Below are positions 57,139-64,000 of a DNA stretch of 64,000 nt, one piece after another. The DNA is from an uncultured Clostridia bacterium (GTDB taxonomy: Bacteria > Bacillota > Clostridia > Oscillospirales > Acutalibacteraceae), in NCBI GenBank assembly GCA_937876205.1, contig CALEII010000052.1:381-64380 (forward strand), in the 5' to 3' direction. The notes beneath the pieces were generated by a model, which saw nothing but the letters and a program-made list of their open reading frames with translations, searched no databases and was not told the DNA's origin. Every line of letters begins with the position of its first letter. The first letter of the stretch is position 1. A program made the translations under genes and the position numbers.

Positions 57139-58077
57139 TCAGATGTCAAGTGATGTTGTTTCGTCAATTCCCATTGAAATGTTCATACACTGAACTGCGG
57201 CACCCGAAGCACCTTTTCCGAGATTGTCAAAAACACTTGTTATAAATATTCTTTCTTCATTGCCTGAAATGAGTATCTTCATTGAATCTTTACCGCTTTT
57301 TTCGTTGGCAGAAACCATTGATACGGGAGTTTCACCGCCATATAACGGAAGAACTTCAATAAACTTTGAGTCTTTGTAGTGATTTGCAAATACAGAATGA
57401 ATTTCAGCAATGCTTGTCTTATTCAGAAGCTTTGTGAAAAGGGGAATAGTCGTAGCCATTCCGCTGTAATAGTCATCAACAATGGGAGTGAAAATGGGGA
57501 AGTCGTCGAGCCCTGTGATAACTTTCATTTCCTTGAGATGCTTGTGATTCTGTGTCAGACCGTACTGTCTGGGAGCAAACAGATCGGAAGTTTTTTCATT
57601 CTCATAGTCATTTATCATTTTTTTGCCGCCGCCGCTGTAGCCGGTGAGTGAATGACACACAACGGGGTAGTCGGAAGGCATAATTCCCTTTGCAATAAGG
57701 GGATAAACTATTGAAATGAATCCGCTTGCGTGACAGCCGGGGACTGCAATGCGCTTTGATGATGAAATCTTGGCTCTGTGTTCATCTGAAAGCTCTGCAA
57801 AACCGTATGCCCAGTCGGGATTTGTTCTGTGTGCTGTTGATGTGTCAATGATAACAGTACTGTCATTTGCACACAGAGAAACAGATTCTCTTGAGGCTTC
57901 ATCGGGCAGACAAAGAAATGTGATGTCACTCATATTTATCAGGCGTCTTCGTTCTTCTCTGTCTTTTCTCAGATTTTCGTTTATTGAGAGCAGCTCAATG
58001 TCTTCTCTTTTGCTCAGATGGTCAAAAAGCCTGAGTCCTGTTGTGCCCTGATTGCCGTCAATGAATACCTTATACAT
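57139..58077 (-). CDS. argC: N-acetyl-gamma-glutamyl-phosphate reductase
   Basis: The start was moved to ATG 58077 (SD aggag). GNQGTTG NAD-binding motif and active-site PGCHASG. Confidence 0.9.
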   Translation of the reverse strand: MYKVFIDGNQGTTGLRLFDHLSKREDIELLSINENLRKDREERRRLINMSDITFLCLPDEASRESVSLCANDSTVIIDTSTAHRTNPDWAYGFAELSDEHRAKISSSKRIAVPGCHASGFISIVYPLIAKGIMPSDYPVVCHSLTGYSGGGKKMINDYENEKTSDLFAPRQYGLTQNHKHLKEMKVITGLDDFPIFTPIVDDYYSGMATTIPLFTKLLNKTSIAEIHSVFANHYKDSKFIEVLPLYGGETPVSMVSANEKSGKDSMKILISGNEERIFITSVFDNLGKGASGAAVQCMNISMGIDETTSLDI

Positions 58078-58109
58078 AAAAAATACTCCTATTAAAAATC
58101 TATTATAAT

Positions 58110-58137
58110 ATTTTACTCTTTTTCGTGTGAATGTCAA
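58110..58137 (-). promoter_or_regulatory. sigma-A type promoter of the arg operon
   Basis: On the minus strand: TTGACA, 16-nt spacer, TAAAAT, about 30 nt upstream of the argC ATG. Confidence 0.55.
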
Positions 58138-58145
58138 TAAAATTC

Positions 58146-58159
58146 TGAATATTTATGCA
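58146..58159. promoter_or_regulatory. candidate ARG box (ArgR/AhrC operator half)
   Basis: TGAATATTTATGCA versus the core consensus TGAATwwwwATTCA (1 mismatch). It lies immediately upstream of the -35 element. No convincing second box was seen. Confidence 0.3.
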
Positions 58160-58347
58160 ACTTTGTTATCTTGTATCATATTGGGGATATTTTTTTAAGA
58201 ATATTGTTGAAATGGTCAATAGTCAGGTGATTAAAATATTATATATAAATATATCCCTGCCGCATAGTCTGCAACAGGGACGGATGTATAAGTTTTGTAT
58301 TGTACGGACGAATATTGTTTTAATAAATATGCAAATTGAATGTATAT

Positions 58348-60231
58348 TTATGAATTTAATTCATCCCATTCGGTGTATAGCTCCTCCTGTCTTACTGACA
58401 TTTCATCAAGCTTTTTTGTCAGTTCCATAAGCAGTTCATAATCAGCTGCTGTTTCAGGCAGTCCGAGCTGTTGTTCAATTCCAAGCTTCTCGTTTTCGAG
58501 CTCTTCGATTTCAGCTTCAATACGCTTGATTCGGGTTTGTTTCTTTCTTTCCTGAGAATCTCTTTCTTTGCGCAGCCGGTATTCATTAGGCTTCTTTTCT
58601 TTTTTCTCTTTCGGCTGCTGACCGGTCACAAGAGAAGCTGCGTAGTCATCGTAATTACCGTCGAAAGAAATAAGGCTGCCGTTATCAAGAATAAGTATTC
58701 TTGTTGCAAGTTTATTCACAAGAAATCTGTCGTGAGAAACACAGAACAAAGTTCCGTCATAACCCGAAAGTGCATCTTCAAGTACTTCTCTTGAAGCTAT
58801 GTCAAGATGGTTTGTCGGCTCGTCGAGAATAAGAAGGTTCGGCTTTCTGAGCATCAACTCAAGAAGGGCTGTTCTTGCTCTTTCACCGCCTGAGAGATCG
58901 CACATTTTCTTTTCAATTTCATCACCACGGAATCTGAATGCACCTAGGAATCCTCTCAGCTGTGAAATTGTGAAAGCAGGGAATTTATCATATACTTCCT
59001 GCAGAACAGTCTTGTCTGAATCAAGACCTGACTGAATCTGGTCAAAATATCCCGGCTGAACATTTGCGCCGAATCTTGCAAAACCCGTGTCAGGCAGAAG
59101 CTTGCCTAGAACAGCCTTTAAAAATGTTGATTTGCCGCAACCGTTGGCGCCGAGTATGAATACCTTTTCACCTTTCATTACTTTAAGATTAACATTTCTG
59201 AAAAGTGTTTTTTCACCGTAGGATTTAGATAAATCTGTTACTATGATAACCTCATTGCCGCTGACGGAGCCCGATTCAAACTGCAGCTTCATTGATTTTT
59301 CGTCAGCTTCTGGGGCTACCATATCTTCTTTAATACGGTCAATCTGCTTTTGCTTGCTGGCAATTGTTATATAGTTGCGTTCACGGTTGAACTGCTTCTG
59401 CTGCTTTATAATACCCTCAATACGTTCAACTTCTTTAGCCTGCTGCTCGTATTTTCGTCTGTCAGCTTCTTTCTGTTCTTCCTTGAGTTTTGCATAAACG
59501 GAGTAATTACCTTTTCTGACTGTAATCTTTTTGTGCTCGATTTCCATTGTCTTGTTTGTTACCTTGTCAAGAAAATATCTGTCGTGGGAAACAATCAGAG
59601 CAGTGCCGTTATATTTTGAAAGAAAATCTTCAAGCCATTCAACACTTTTGATGTCGAGATGATTTGTCGGCTCGTCAAGAAGTATTAGATCGGAATCGGA
59701 CAGCAACAGCTTGCCGAGTGCAATTTTTGTGCGCTGACCGCCGCTGAGGTCACCGACGGGAAGATTTTGTTCCTCCTGAGTAAAGCCGAGACCTGAAAGC
59801 ATTGAGTTTGCTCTTGAACGGAATGTAAGACCGCCGAGAGACTGAAATTTTTCTGTCAGTACGGATTGCTTTTCAATAAGCTCAGCCATTTCAGAGGGCT
59901 GTGTATCTATAACGTTGTGCAGATTTTCAAGCTCCCTTTCCATATCCTCCAGATATGAAAAAACAGACAGCATTTCTTCCTTTGCCGTCTTGCTGAAATC
60001 GGAGCAGGCGTGCTGCTCAACATATCCTGTTTTTGCGTTTGATGATATAAAAAGACCGCCGCTTGCGGGCTCATAGATGCCTGCAATCAGCTTGAATAGA
60101 GTTGTTTTTCCTGTTCCGTTGCTGCCGATGAGACCGACCTTATCGTGCTCTTCAATATCAAAGCTTGCTTTATCGAAGAGCACGTTGTCAAGAAATTCCA
60201 TCGTCAGCTCGTGTGCGCTTATAACTGACAT
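58348..60231 (-). CDS. ABC-F family ATPase (two NBDs, no TMD, C-terminal coiled coil)
   Basis: The start was moved to ATG 60231, which lies 1 nt after the manA stop. Walker A GSNGTGKTT and GANGCGKST, signatures LSGGQ and LSGGER, charged interdomain linker and Uup-like tail. Confidence 0.88.
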   Translation of the reverse strand: MSVISAHELTMEFLDNVLFDKASFDIEEHDKVGLIGSNGTGKTTLFKLIAGIYEPASGGLFISSNAKTGYVEQHACSDFSKTAKEEMLSVFSYLEDMERELENLHNVIDTQPSEMAELIEKQSVLTEKFQSLGGLTFRSRANSMLSGLGFTQEEQNLPVGDLSGGQRTKIALGKLLLSDSDLILLDEPTNHLDIKSVEWLEDFLSKYNGTALIVSHDRYFLDKVTNKTMEIEHKKITVRKGNYSVYAKLKEEQKEADRRKYEQQAKEVERIEGIIKQQKQFNRERNYITIASKQKQIDRIKEDMVAPEADEKSMKLQFESGSVSGNEVIIVTDLSKSYGEKTLFRNVNLKVMKGEKVFILGANGCGKSTFLKAVLGKLLPDTGFARFGANVQPGYFDQIQSGLDSDKTVLQEVYDKFPAFTISQLRGFLGAFRFRGDEIEKKMCDLSGGERARTALLELMLRKPNLLILDEPTNHLDIASREVLEDALSGYDGTLFCVSHDRFLVNKLATRILILDNGSLISFDGNYDDYAASLVTGQQPKEKKEKKPNEYRLRKERDSQERKKQTRIKRIEAEIEELENEKLGIEQQLGLPETAADYELLMELTKKLDEMSVRQEELYTEWDELNS

Positions 60232-60232
60232 T

Positions 60233-61216
60233 TTATACCTTTGTATGAAGTAATTTTGCTTTTCCGCTGACATAGAAAGAGCCGCTGTCGGCAGGGATGA
60301 ATATGCTGTCACCCTTGACGAATTCTCTTTCTTCAGCACCGCATTTTATAGTTCCTTCGCCGTCAAGAACAACGAGTGAAACGAAGGATGTTTCATCTGC
60401 ATCGTCTGCATAGAGTGTGTCAACTTCAATTGATGTCATTGTGAAATAAGGACATTCAGAAAGAAGCACACTTGTGTATCCGTCGTGCTTTACGGGCATT
60501 CCTTCAGGGGCAAGATTGCCTTCGGGAATAGTGCATTTTGTCACATCAACAGCCTTGTCTACGTGCAGTTCTCTGGGCTTACCGTCAAGACCTGTTCTGT
60601 TATAGTCAAAAACCCTGTATGTTGTGTTGCAGCTCTGCTGAACTTCAGCAAGGAGAATTCCTTTGCCGATAGCGTGGAGTGTGCCTGCAGAAATGAACGC
60701 AACGTCATCGGGCTTTACTTTCACTTTGTTGACTTTTTCAAGCAGTGTTCCGTTTTCTATAGCAGAACGGAATTCATCCTTTGATAAATCATCCCTGAAG
60801 CCGTAGATAAGCTCAGCGTCATCATCGCAGTCAATTATGTACCAAGCTTCTGTTTTGCCTCTTATATCCTTTTCGTTTGCTGCAGCATATTCATCATCGG
60901 GATGTACCTGCACGGAAAGCTTGTCATCTGCATCAATAAGCTTTATAAGAATAGGGAAGTCCTCAATCTTGTCATAGCCCTCACAGTCTGTACCCAGAGC
61001 AGACATACCAAGCTCCTTTTCAAGCACGTGGCTGAGTGTTTTTCCGTCAAATTCACCGCCGACAACAACACTTTCACCGTCTTCGTGGCAGGAGAGCACC
61101 CAGGCCTCCGCGATATTTTTAAGGTTTGTTTCCATTTTGAAGTCATTTCTTAATCTGTTGCCGCCCCAGATTGTCTCCTTTAATGCGGGCTTTAAGAAAA
61201 ATAAACTCAAAGTCAT
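60233..61216 (-). CDS. manA: class I mannose-6-phosphate isomerase
   Basis: LKPALKETIWGG, QVHPDD and the cupin HA(I/Y)GKG region. SD ggagtg. Confidence 0.85.
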   Translation of the reverse strand: MTLSLFFLKPALKETIWGGNRLRNDFKMETNLKNIAEAWVLSCHEDGESVVVGGEFDGKTLSHVLEKELGMSALGTDCEGYDKIEDFPILIKLIDADDKLSVQVHPDDEYAAANEKDIRGKTEAWYIIDCDDDAELIYGFRDDLSKDEFRSAIENGTLLEKVNKVKVKPDDVAFISAGTLHAIGKGILLAEVQQSCNTTYRVFDYNRTGLDGKPRELHVDKAVDVTKCTIPEGNLAPEGMPVKHDGYTSVLLSECPYFTMTSIEVDTLYADDADETSFVSLVVLDGEGTIKCGAEEREFVKGDSIFIPADSGSFYVSGKAKLLHTKV

Positions 61217-61245
61217 TCACTCCGTTATATTTTAATTCATTAAAT

Positions 61246-61273
61246 ATTATACATCATTTTTTATTTATGTCAA
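61246..61273 (-). promoter_or_regulatory. sigma-A type promoter for manA and the ABC-F gene
   Basis: On the minus strand: TTGACA, 16-nt spacer, TATAAT. Confidence 0.55.
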
Positions 61274-61280
61274 TTGTGAA

Positions 61281-61448
61281 TTATTTTTCTATTCTTTTTT
61301 TTATGATTGAGTTTCTGCAGTATTTGCACTGCGGGAACATAACACATTCACATTTTTTGCTACCGTCATAATATGCCGTTTCTTCAATGATAATATTTTT
61401 TTGCAACACACTGCAGAACTGTTCAATTGCTTTGCAATGACTCATCAT
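61281..61448 (-). CDS. small Cys-rich hypothetical protein, 55 aa (not in the ORF track)
   Basis: Strong SD gaggtga lies 4 nt before the ATG. Translation: MMSHCKAIEQFCSVLQKNIIIEETAYYDGSKKCECVMFPQCKYCRNSIIKKRIEK (six Cys). Confidence 0.55.
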   Translation of the reverse strand: MMSHCKAIEQFCSVLQKNIIIEETAYYDGSKKCECVMFPQCKYCRNSIIKKRIEK

Positions 61449-61548
61449 AAAACTCACCTCATAAATTTATATTCTTTCTGCGCTTGTCTTCATACTTGGT
61501 TATTTATATAAATATACATTATATATAAATGTGCGAAAGGATGTTTTT

Positions 61549-61797
61549 ATGTATATTTTTATTATGTCAGTCTGTTGCGCCGTTATTCTTTTTGCTATGT
61601 ATAAAACACACAGATTTTTCCGTTCTCTGTTTTTGTCTGCTTTGCAGGGGACGGTATCGCTGTTCGCCGTAAATTTTATCGGTGAGTTTATTGGTGTACA
61701 TATTGCATTCAATTGGTTTTCACTGCTTGCCGGTGCTGTCGGCGGTCTTCCGGGGATAATATTTCTTCTTATCAGCGATATTATGTGTGCAATATGA
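61549..61797 (+). CDS. bofA: pro-sigma-K processing inhibitor BofA-like membrane protein
   Basis: The start was moved to ATG 61549 (SD aaagga). AVNFIGEFIGVHIAFNWFSLLAGAVGGLPGIIFLLI parallels B. subtilis BofA (VNMFGGSLGIHVPINLVTTAISGILGIPGIAALVV). Confidence 0.7.
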   Translation: MYIFIMSVCCAVILFAMYKTHRFFRSLFLSALQGTVSLFAVNFIGEFIGVHIAFNWFSLLAGAVGGLPGIIFLLISDIMCAI

Positions 61798-61843
61798 CTA
61801 TTGACAACATATTATGTGTAATGTACAATATATGAGATAATAT

Positions 61844-62623
61844 ATGGAAAGAAACGGTTTAATCCCGTATTTTGTATGTATGAATGAACTTGCATTGCTG
61901 AAAAACAGATTTTCAGAGCTGTCAGAAAGGTCATTTGACAGAGGTATTTACACATATTCAGAGTTTCTTACACAGGCAGAGCAGAGAGTATTATTAAAAA
62001 TGAAATTACCTGCAGAGTTATCACTTTACGGTGGCTATGACAATGCTGAGAGGTGTATTGCCGTGTTCGGTGATGAGAACGAGCTCGGCTATGAATGTGT
62101 ATATCCCGTCAGATTTATAAAAATTGAGCCTTTGCAGATGAAATTTGCAGACAAACTCTCTCACCGTGATTTTCTGGGCTCCCTTATGGGCCTCGGTCTT
62201 CGCCGTGAGATGCTCGGTGATATTATTATAAATGAAAATGTCGCATATCTTGTCTGTGTTGAGTCTGTTGCGGATTTTATTATAAATCAGCTTGATAAGG
62301 TGAAGCATACATCTGTGAAATGCTCTGAATCTGATTATATCCCCACAGATGTTCTTCCCGAACTGAAATACGAAGAATATATTGTTTCGTCAGAAAGACT
62401 TGATGTTCTTGTTTCTGCTGTATATAACCTTTCAAGAAATGAGAGTCAGAGAAGAATTGACGGTGAAACAGTTTTTTGCGACAGTGTTCTTACCGCTAAT
62501 GCTTCATTTGTGCCGGCAACAGGCTCAATTATAAGTGTAAGAGGACTCGGCAGATTTATTTATGACGGAGTGTTAAGACAGACAAAAAAAGGCAGAAGTG
62601 TAATTGCTGTCAGAATTTATTGA
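61844..62623 (+). CDS. ylmH: YlmH-like RNA-binding protein with C-terminal S4 domain
   Basis: YTYSEFLTQAEQ and the DFLGSLMGLG pattern, with an S4-like C-terminus (ERLDVLVSAVYNLSRNESQRRI). The start codon is uncertain because there is no good SD at 61844 or 61880. Confidence 0.65.
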   Translation: MERNGLIPYFVCMNELALLKNRFSELSERSFDRGIYTYSEFLTQAEQRVLLKMKLPAELSLYGGYDNAERCIAVFGDENELGYECVYPVRFIKIEPLQMKFADKLSHRDFLGSLMGLGLRREMLGDIIINENVAYLVCVESVADFIINQLDKVKHTSVKCSESDYIPTDVLPELKYEEYIVSSERLDVLVSAVYNLSRNESQRRIDGETVFCDSVLTANASFVPATGSIISVRGLGRFIYDGVLRQTKKGRSVIAVRIY

Positions 62624-62636
62624 TAGGAGTATTAAA

Positions 62637-63329
62637 ATGATTTTTCACGGTTTTCAGAAAATGACTATGCTTGATTTTCCGGGGTATGTTGCCTGTACGG
62701 TATTCACTCCCGGTTGTAATTTCCGTTGTCCGTTCTGTCATAATTCGTTGCTTGTCACAAGAATGAATGACAGTGAAATATATTCAGAAGATGATATTCT
62801 GTCATATCTTAAGAAGAGACAGGGTGTTATTGACGGGATCTGTATAAGCGGCGGTGAGCCTCTTATGCACGATGGCATCTTTGATTTTGTAAAAAAGGTC
62901 AAAGAGTTCGGTTTCCTTGTCAAAATTGATACAAACGGCAGCTTTCCCGAAAAACTGGAAAAGCTGATTGATTCGGGTAATATTGATTATGTTGCGATGG
63001 ATATCAAAAACTGCCCCGAAAAGTACGGTGAAACGGTTGCGATACCTGATTTTGATTTTTCATCTGTCAGAAAAAGTGTTGAATTGCTTCTTCAGGGTAA
63101 GGTCGGTTACGAATTCAGGACAACCGTTGTCAAGGAATTTCACACACCACAAGATATGGTGGGAATCGGTGAGCTGATAAACGGTGCAGAGAAGTATTTT
63201 ATTCAACATTTTATAGAGTCAGAGGGTAATATTCAACAAGGTCTCACCCCCCTGAGTAAAGAAGAAATGGAAAATCTGCGTATTTCAGTGTCCCGTTTTG
63301 TGAAAAATGCCGAATTAAGGGGTATTTAA
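62637..63329 (+). CDS. nrdG: anaerobic ribonucleotide reductase activating protein (radical SAM)
   Basis: The start was moved to ATG 62637 (SD aggag). CNFRCPFCHN radical-SAM cluster motif and GICISGGEP. Confidence 0.88.
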   Translation: MIFHGFQKMTMLDFPGYVACTVFTPGCNFRCPFCHNSLLVTRMNDSEIYSEDDILSYLKKRQGVIDGICISGGEPLMHDGIFDFVKKVKEFGFLVKIDTNGSFPEKLEKLIDSGNIDYVAMDIKNCPEKYGETVAIPDFDFSSVRKSVELLLQGKVGYEFRTTVVKEFHTPQDMVGIGELINGAEKYFIQHFIESEGNIQQGLTPLSKEEMENLRISVSRFVKNAELRGI

Positions 63330-63335
63330 AAAAAT

Positions 63336-63383
63336 ACACAATATATTGTGATTTTGCTATTGACAAAACGCAAGATATCCTAT
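63336..63383. promoter_or_regulatory. tandem NrdR boxes
   Basis: Box 1 is ACACAATATATTGTGA (63336-63351), 15/16 to the acaCwAtATaTwGtgt palindrome. Box 2 is ACGCAAGATATCCTAT (63368-63383), weaker at about 11/16. Box starts are 32 bp apart (about three helical turns). Confidence 0.7.
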
Positions 63384-63388
63384 ATAAT
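63360..63388 (+). promoter_or_regulatory. perfect consensus sigma-A promoter for nrdD
   Basis: TTGACA, 17-nt spacer, TATAAT. NrdR box 2 occupies the spacer. Confidence 0.7.
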
Positions 63389-63444
63389 AAATCCTGCACG
63401 ACACTTATGTCAAAAAATAAAGTTATCCAAGGGAGGCTAAAAAT

Positions 63445-64000
63445 ATGTATAAAGTTATTAAACGAGACGGAAAAACCGTAGAATTTGACCTTAGCAAAAT
63501 AGGTCACGCTGTTGCTCTTGCATTTGATGCCTGCAACAAACAGTACAACTCAGACATTATTGATTTTATCGCACTTAAAGTTACTGCAGATTTCGAGCCC
63601 AAGATTGAAAACGGTGAGATTGCCGTTGAAAAGATTCAGGACAGTGTTGAATCAGTTCTTATCAAAGCAGGCTATGATGAAGTAGCAAAGGCTTACATTC
63701 TCTACAGAAAGCAGAGAGAAAAAGTCAGAAACATCAACGCTGCAATGGTTAACTACAAAGATATCGTTAATGATTATCTTCAGATAAATGACTGGCGAGT
63801 CAAAGAGAACTCAACCGTTACATACTCAGTCGGCGGTCTTATTCTCAGCAACTCAGGTGCTATTACAGCTAACTACTGGCTCTCAGAAATCTATGATCAG
63901 GAAATTGCAGATGCACACAGAAATGCAGATATCCACATCCACGACCTTTCAATGCTTACAGGCTACTGTGCAGGTTGGTCACTCAAGCAGCTTATTCAGG
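63445..64000 (+). CDS. nrdD: anaerobic ribonucleoside-triphosphate reductase (5' part; continues beyond the window)
   Basis: SD gggagg. ATP-cone N-terminus MYKVIKRDGKTVEFDLSKI. Later IHIHDLSMLTGYCAGWSL is typical of NrdD. The frame is open to the window end. Confidence 0.88.
   Translation, partial: MYKVIKRDGKTVEFDLSKIGHAVALAFDACNKQYNSDIIDFIALKVTADFEPKIENGEIAVEKIQDSVESVLIKAGYDEVAKAYILYRKQREKVRNINAAMVNYKDIVNDYLQINDWRVKENSTVTYSVGGLILSNSGAITANYWLSEIYDQEIADAHRNADIHIHDLSMLTGYCAGWSLKQLIQ

Noticed and set aside
58337-58364. ARG-box-like palindromes TGAATGTATATTTA and TGAATTTAATTCAT.
   Set aside because: They overlap the last codons and the stop of the ABC-F gene, and lie about 270 bp upstream of argC, beyond a terminator-like hairpin. 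They are directly abutting rather than spaced like paired ARG boxes. They are probably a coincidence of AT-rich sequence.
61281-61448. The six-Cys small ORF, considered as a SCIFF-type radical-SAM-modified peptide, given nrdG nearby.
   Set aside because: The Cys spacing and N-terminal Cys positions do not match the SCIFF C-terminal cluster pattern. The only nearby radical SAM protein is a standard NrdG activase that is separated from it and on the opposite strand.

Overview
This looks like a low-GC Firmicutes (Clostridia-type) chromosomal segment. The evidence is SD-led genes, bofA, rex, an ECF S-component and strong rho-independent terminators. All product calls come from motifs read by eye in the ORF translations, not from database searches.

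Gene content, left to right:
- Three tandem ABC half-exporters. The last two form an ATGA-coupled pair with one degenerate ATP site.
- A DUF3267-like HExxH membrane protein gene split by a 271-bp TIR element.
- A YbaK-type deacylase and a GH29 fucosidase.
- A cobalamin-riboswitch-led DUF4430 lipoprotein plus ECF S-component pair.
- An acyl-CoA ligase / HX4D acyltransferase / patatin operon.
- maa, a glutamate formimidoyltransferase, a Gfo/Idh/MocA-GNAT fusion and lysC.
- An AT-rich XRE / lipoprotein / PH-SHOCT module, then tRNA-Thr.
- An SNF transporter and trkAH.
- An aconitase-icd-rex-unknown operon and an M20 peptidase.
- tRNA-Met and tRNA-Glu.
- A nucleosidase/TSCPD pair divergent from an aminotransferase / tandem class II aldolase pair.
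- A GH27 alpha-galactosidase, a 3D-domain protein, an LCAT-like lipase, and NUDIX plus MATE genes.
- A full arginine operon (argC-J-B-D-F-carA-carB), an ABC-F ATPase with manA, bofA, a ylmH-like gene, and nrdG/nrdD with NrdR boxes.

Most unusual observations:
- The arg-operon CarA has lost all three glutaminase triad residues.
- CarB is fused in frame to a DapF-like domain whose first catalytic Cys is Ala.
- A MITE-like element with a TA duplication interrupts a gene.
- Two well-signalled small genes are missing from the ORF track.

No CRISPR array, rRNA, integrase or transposase gene was seen.
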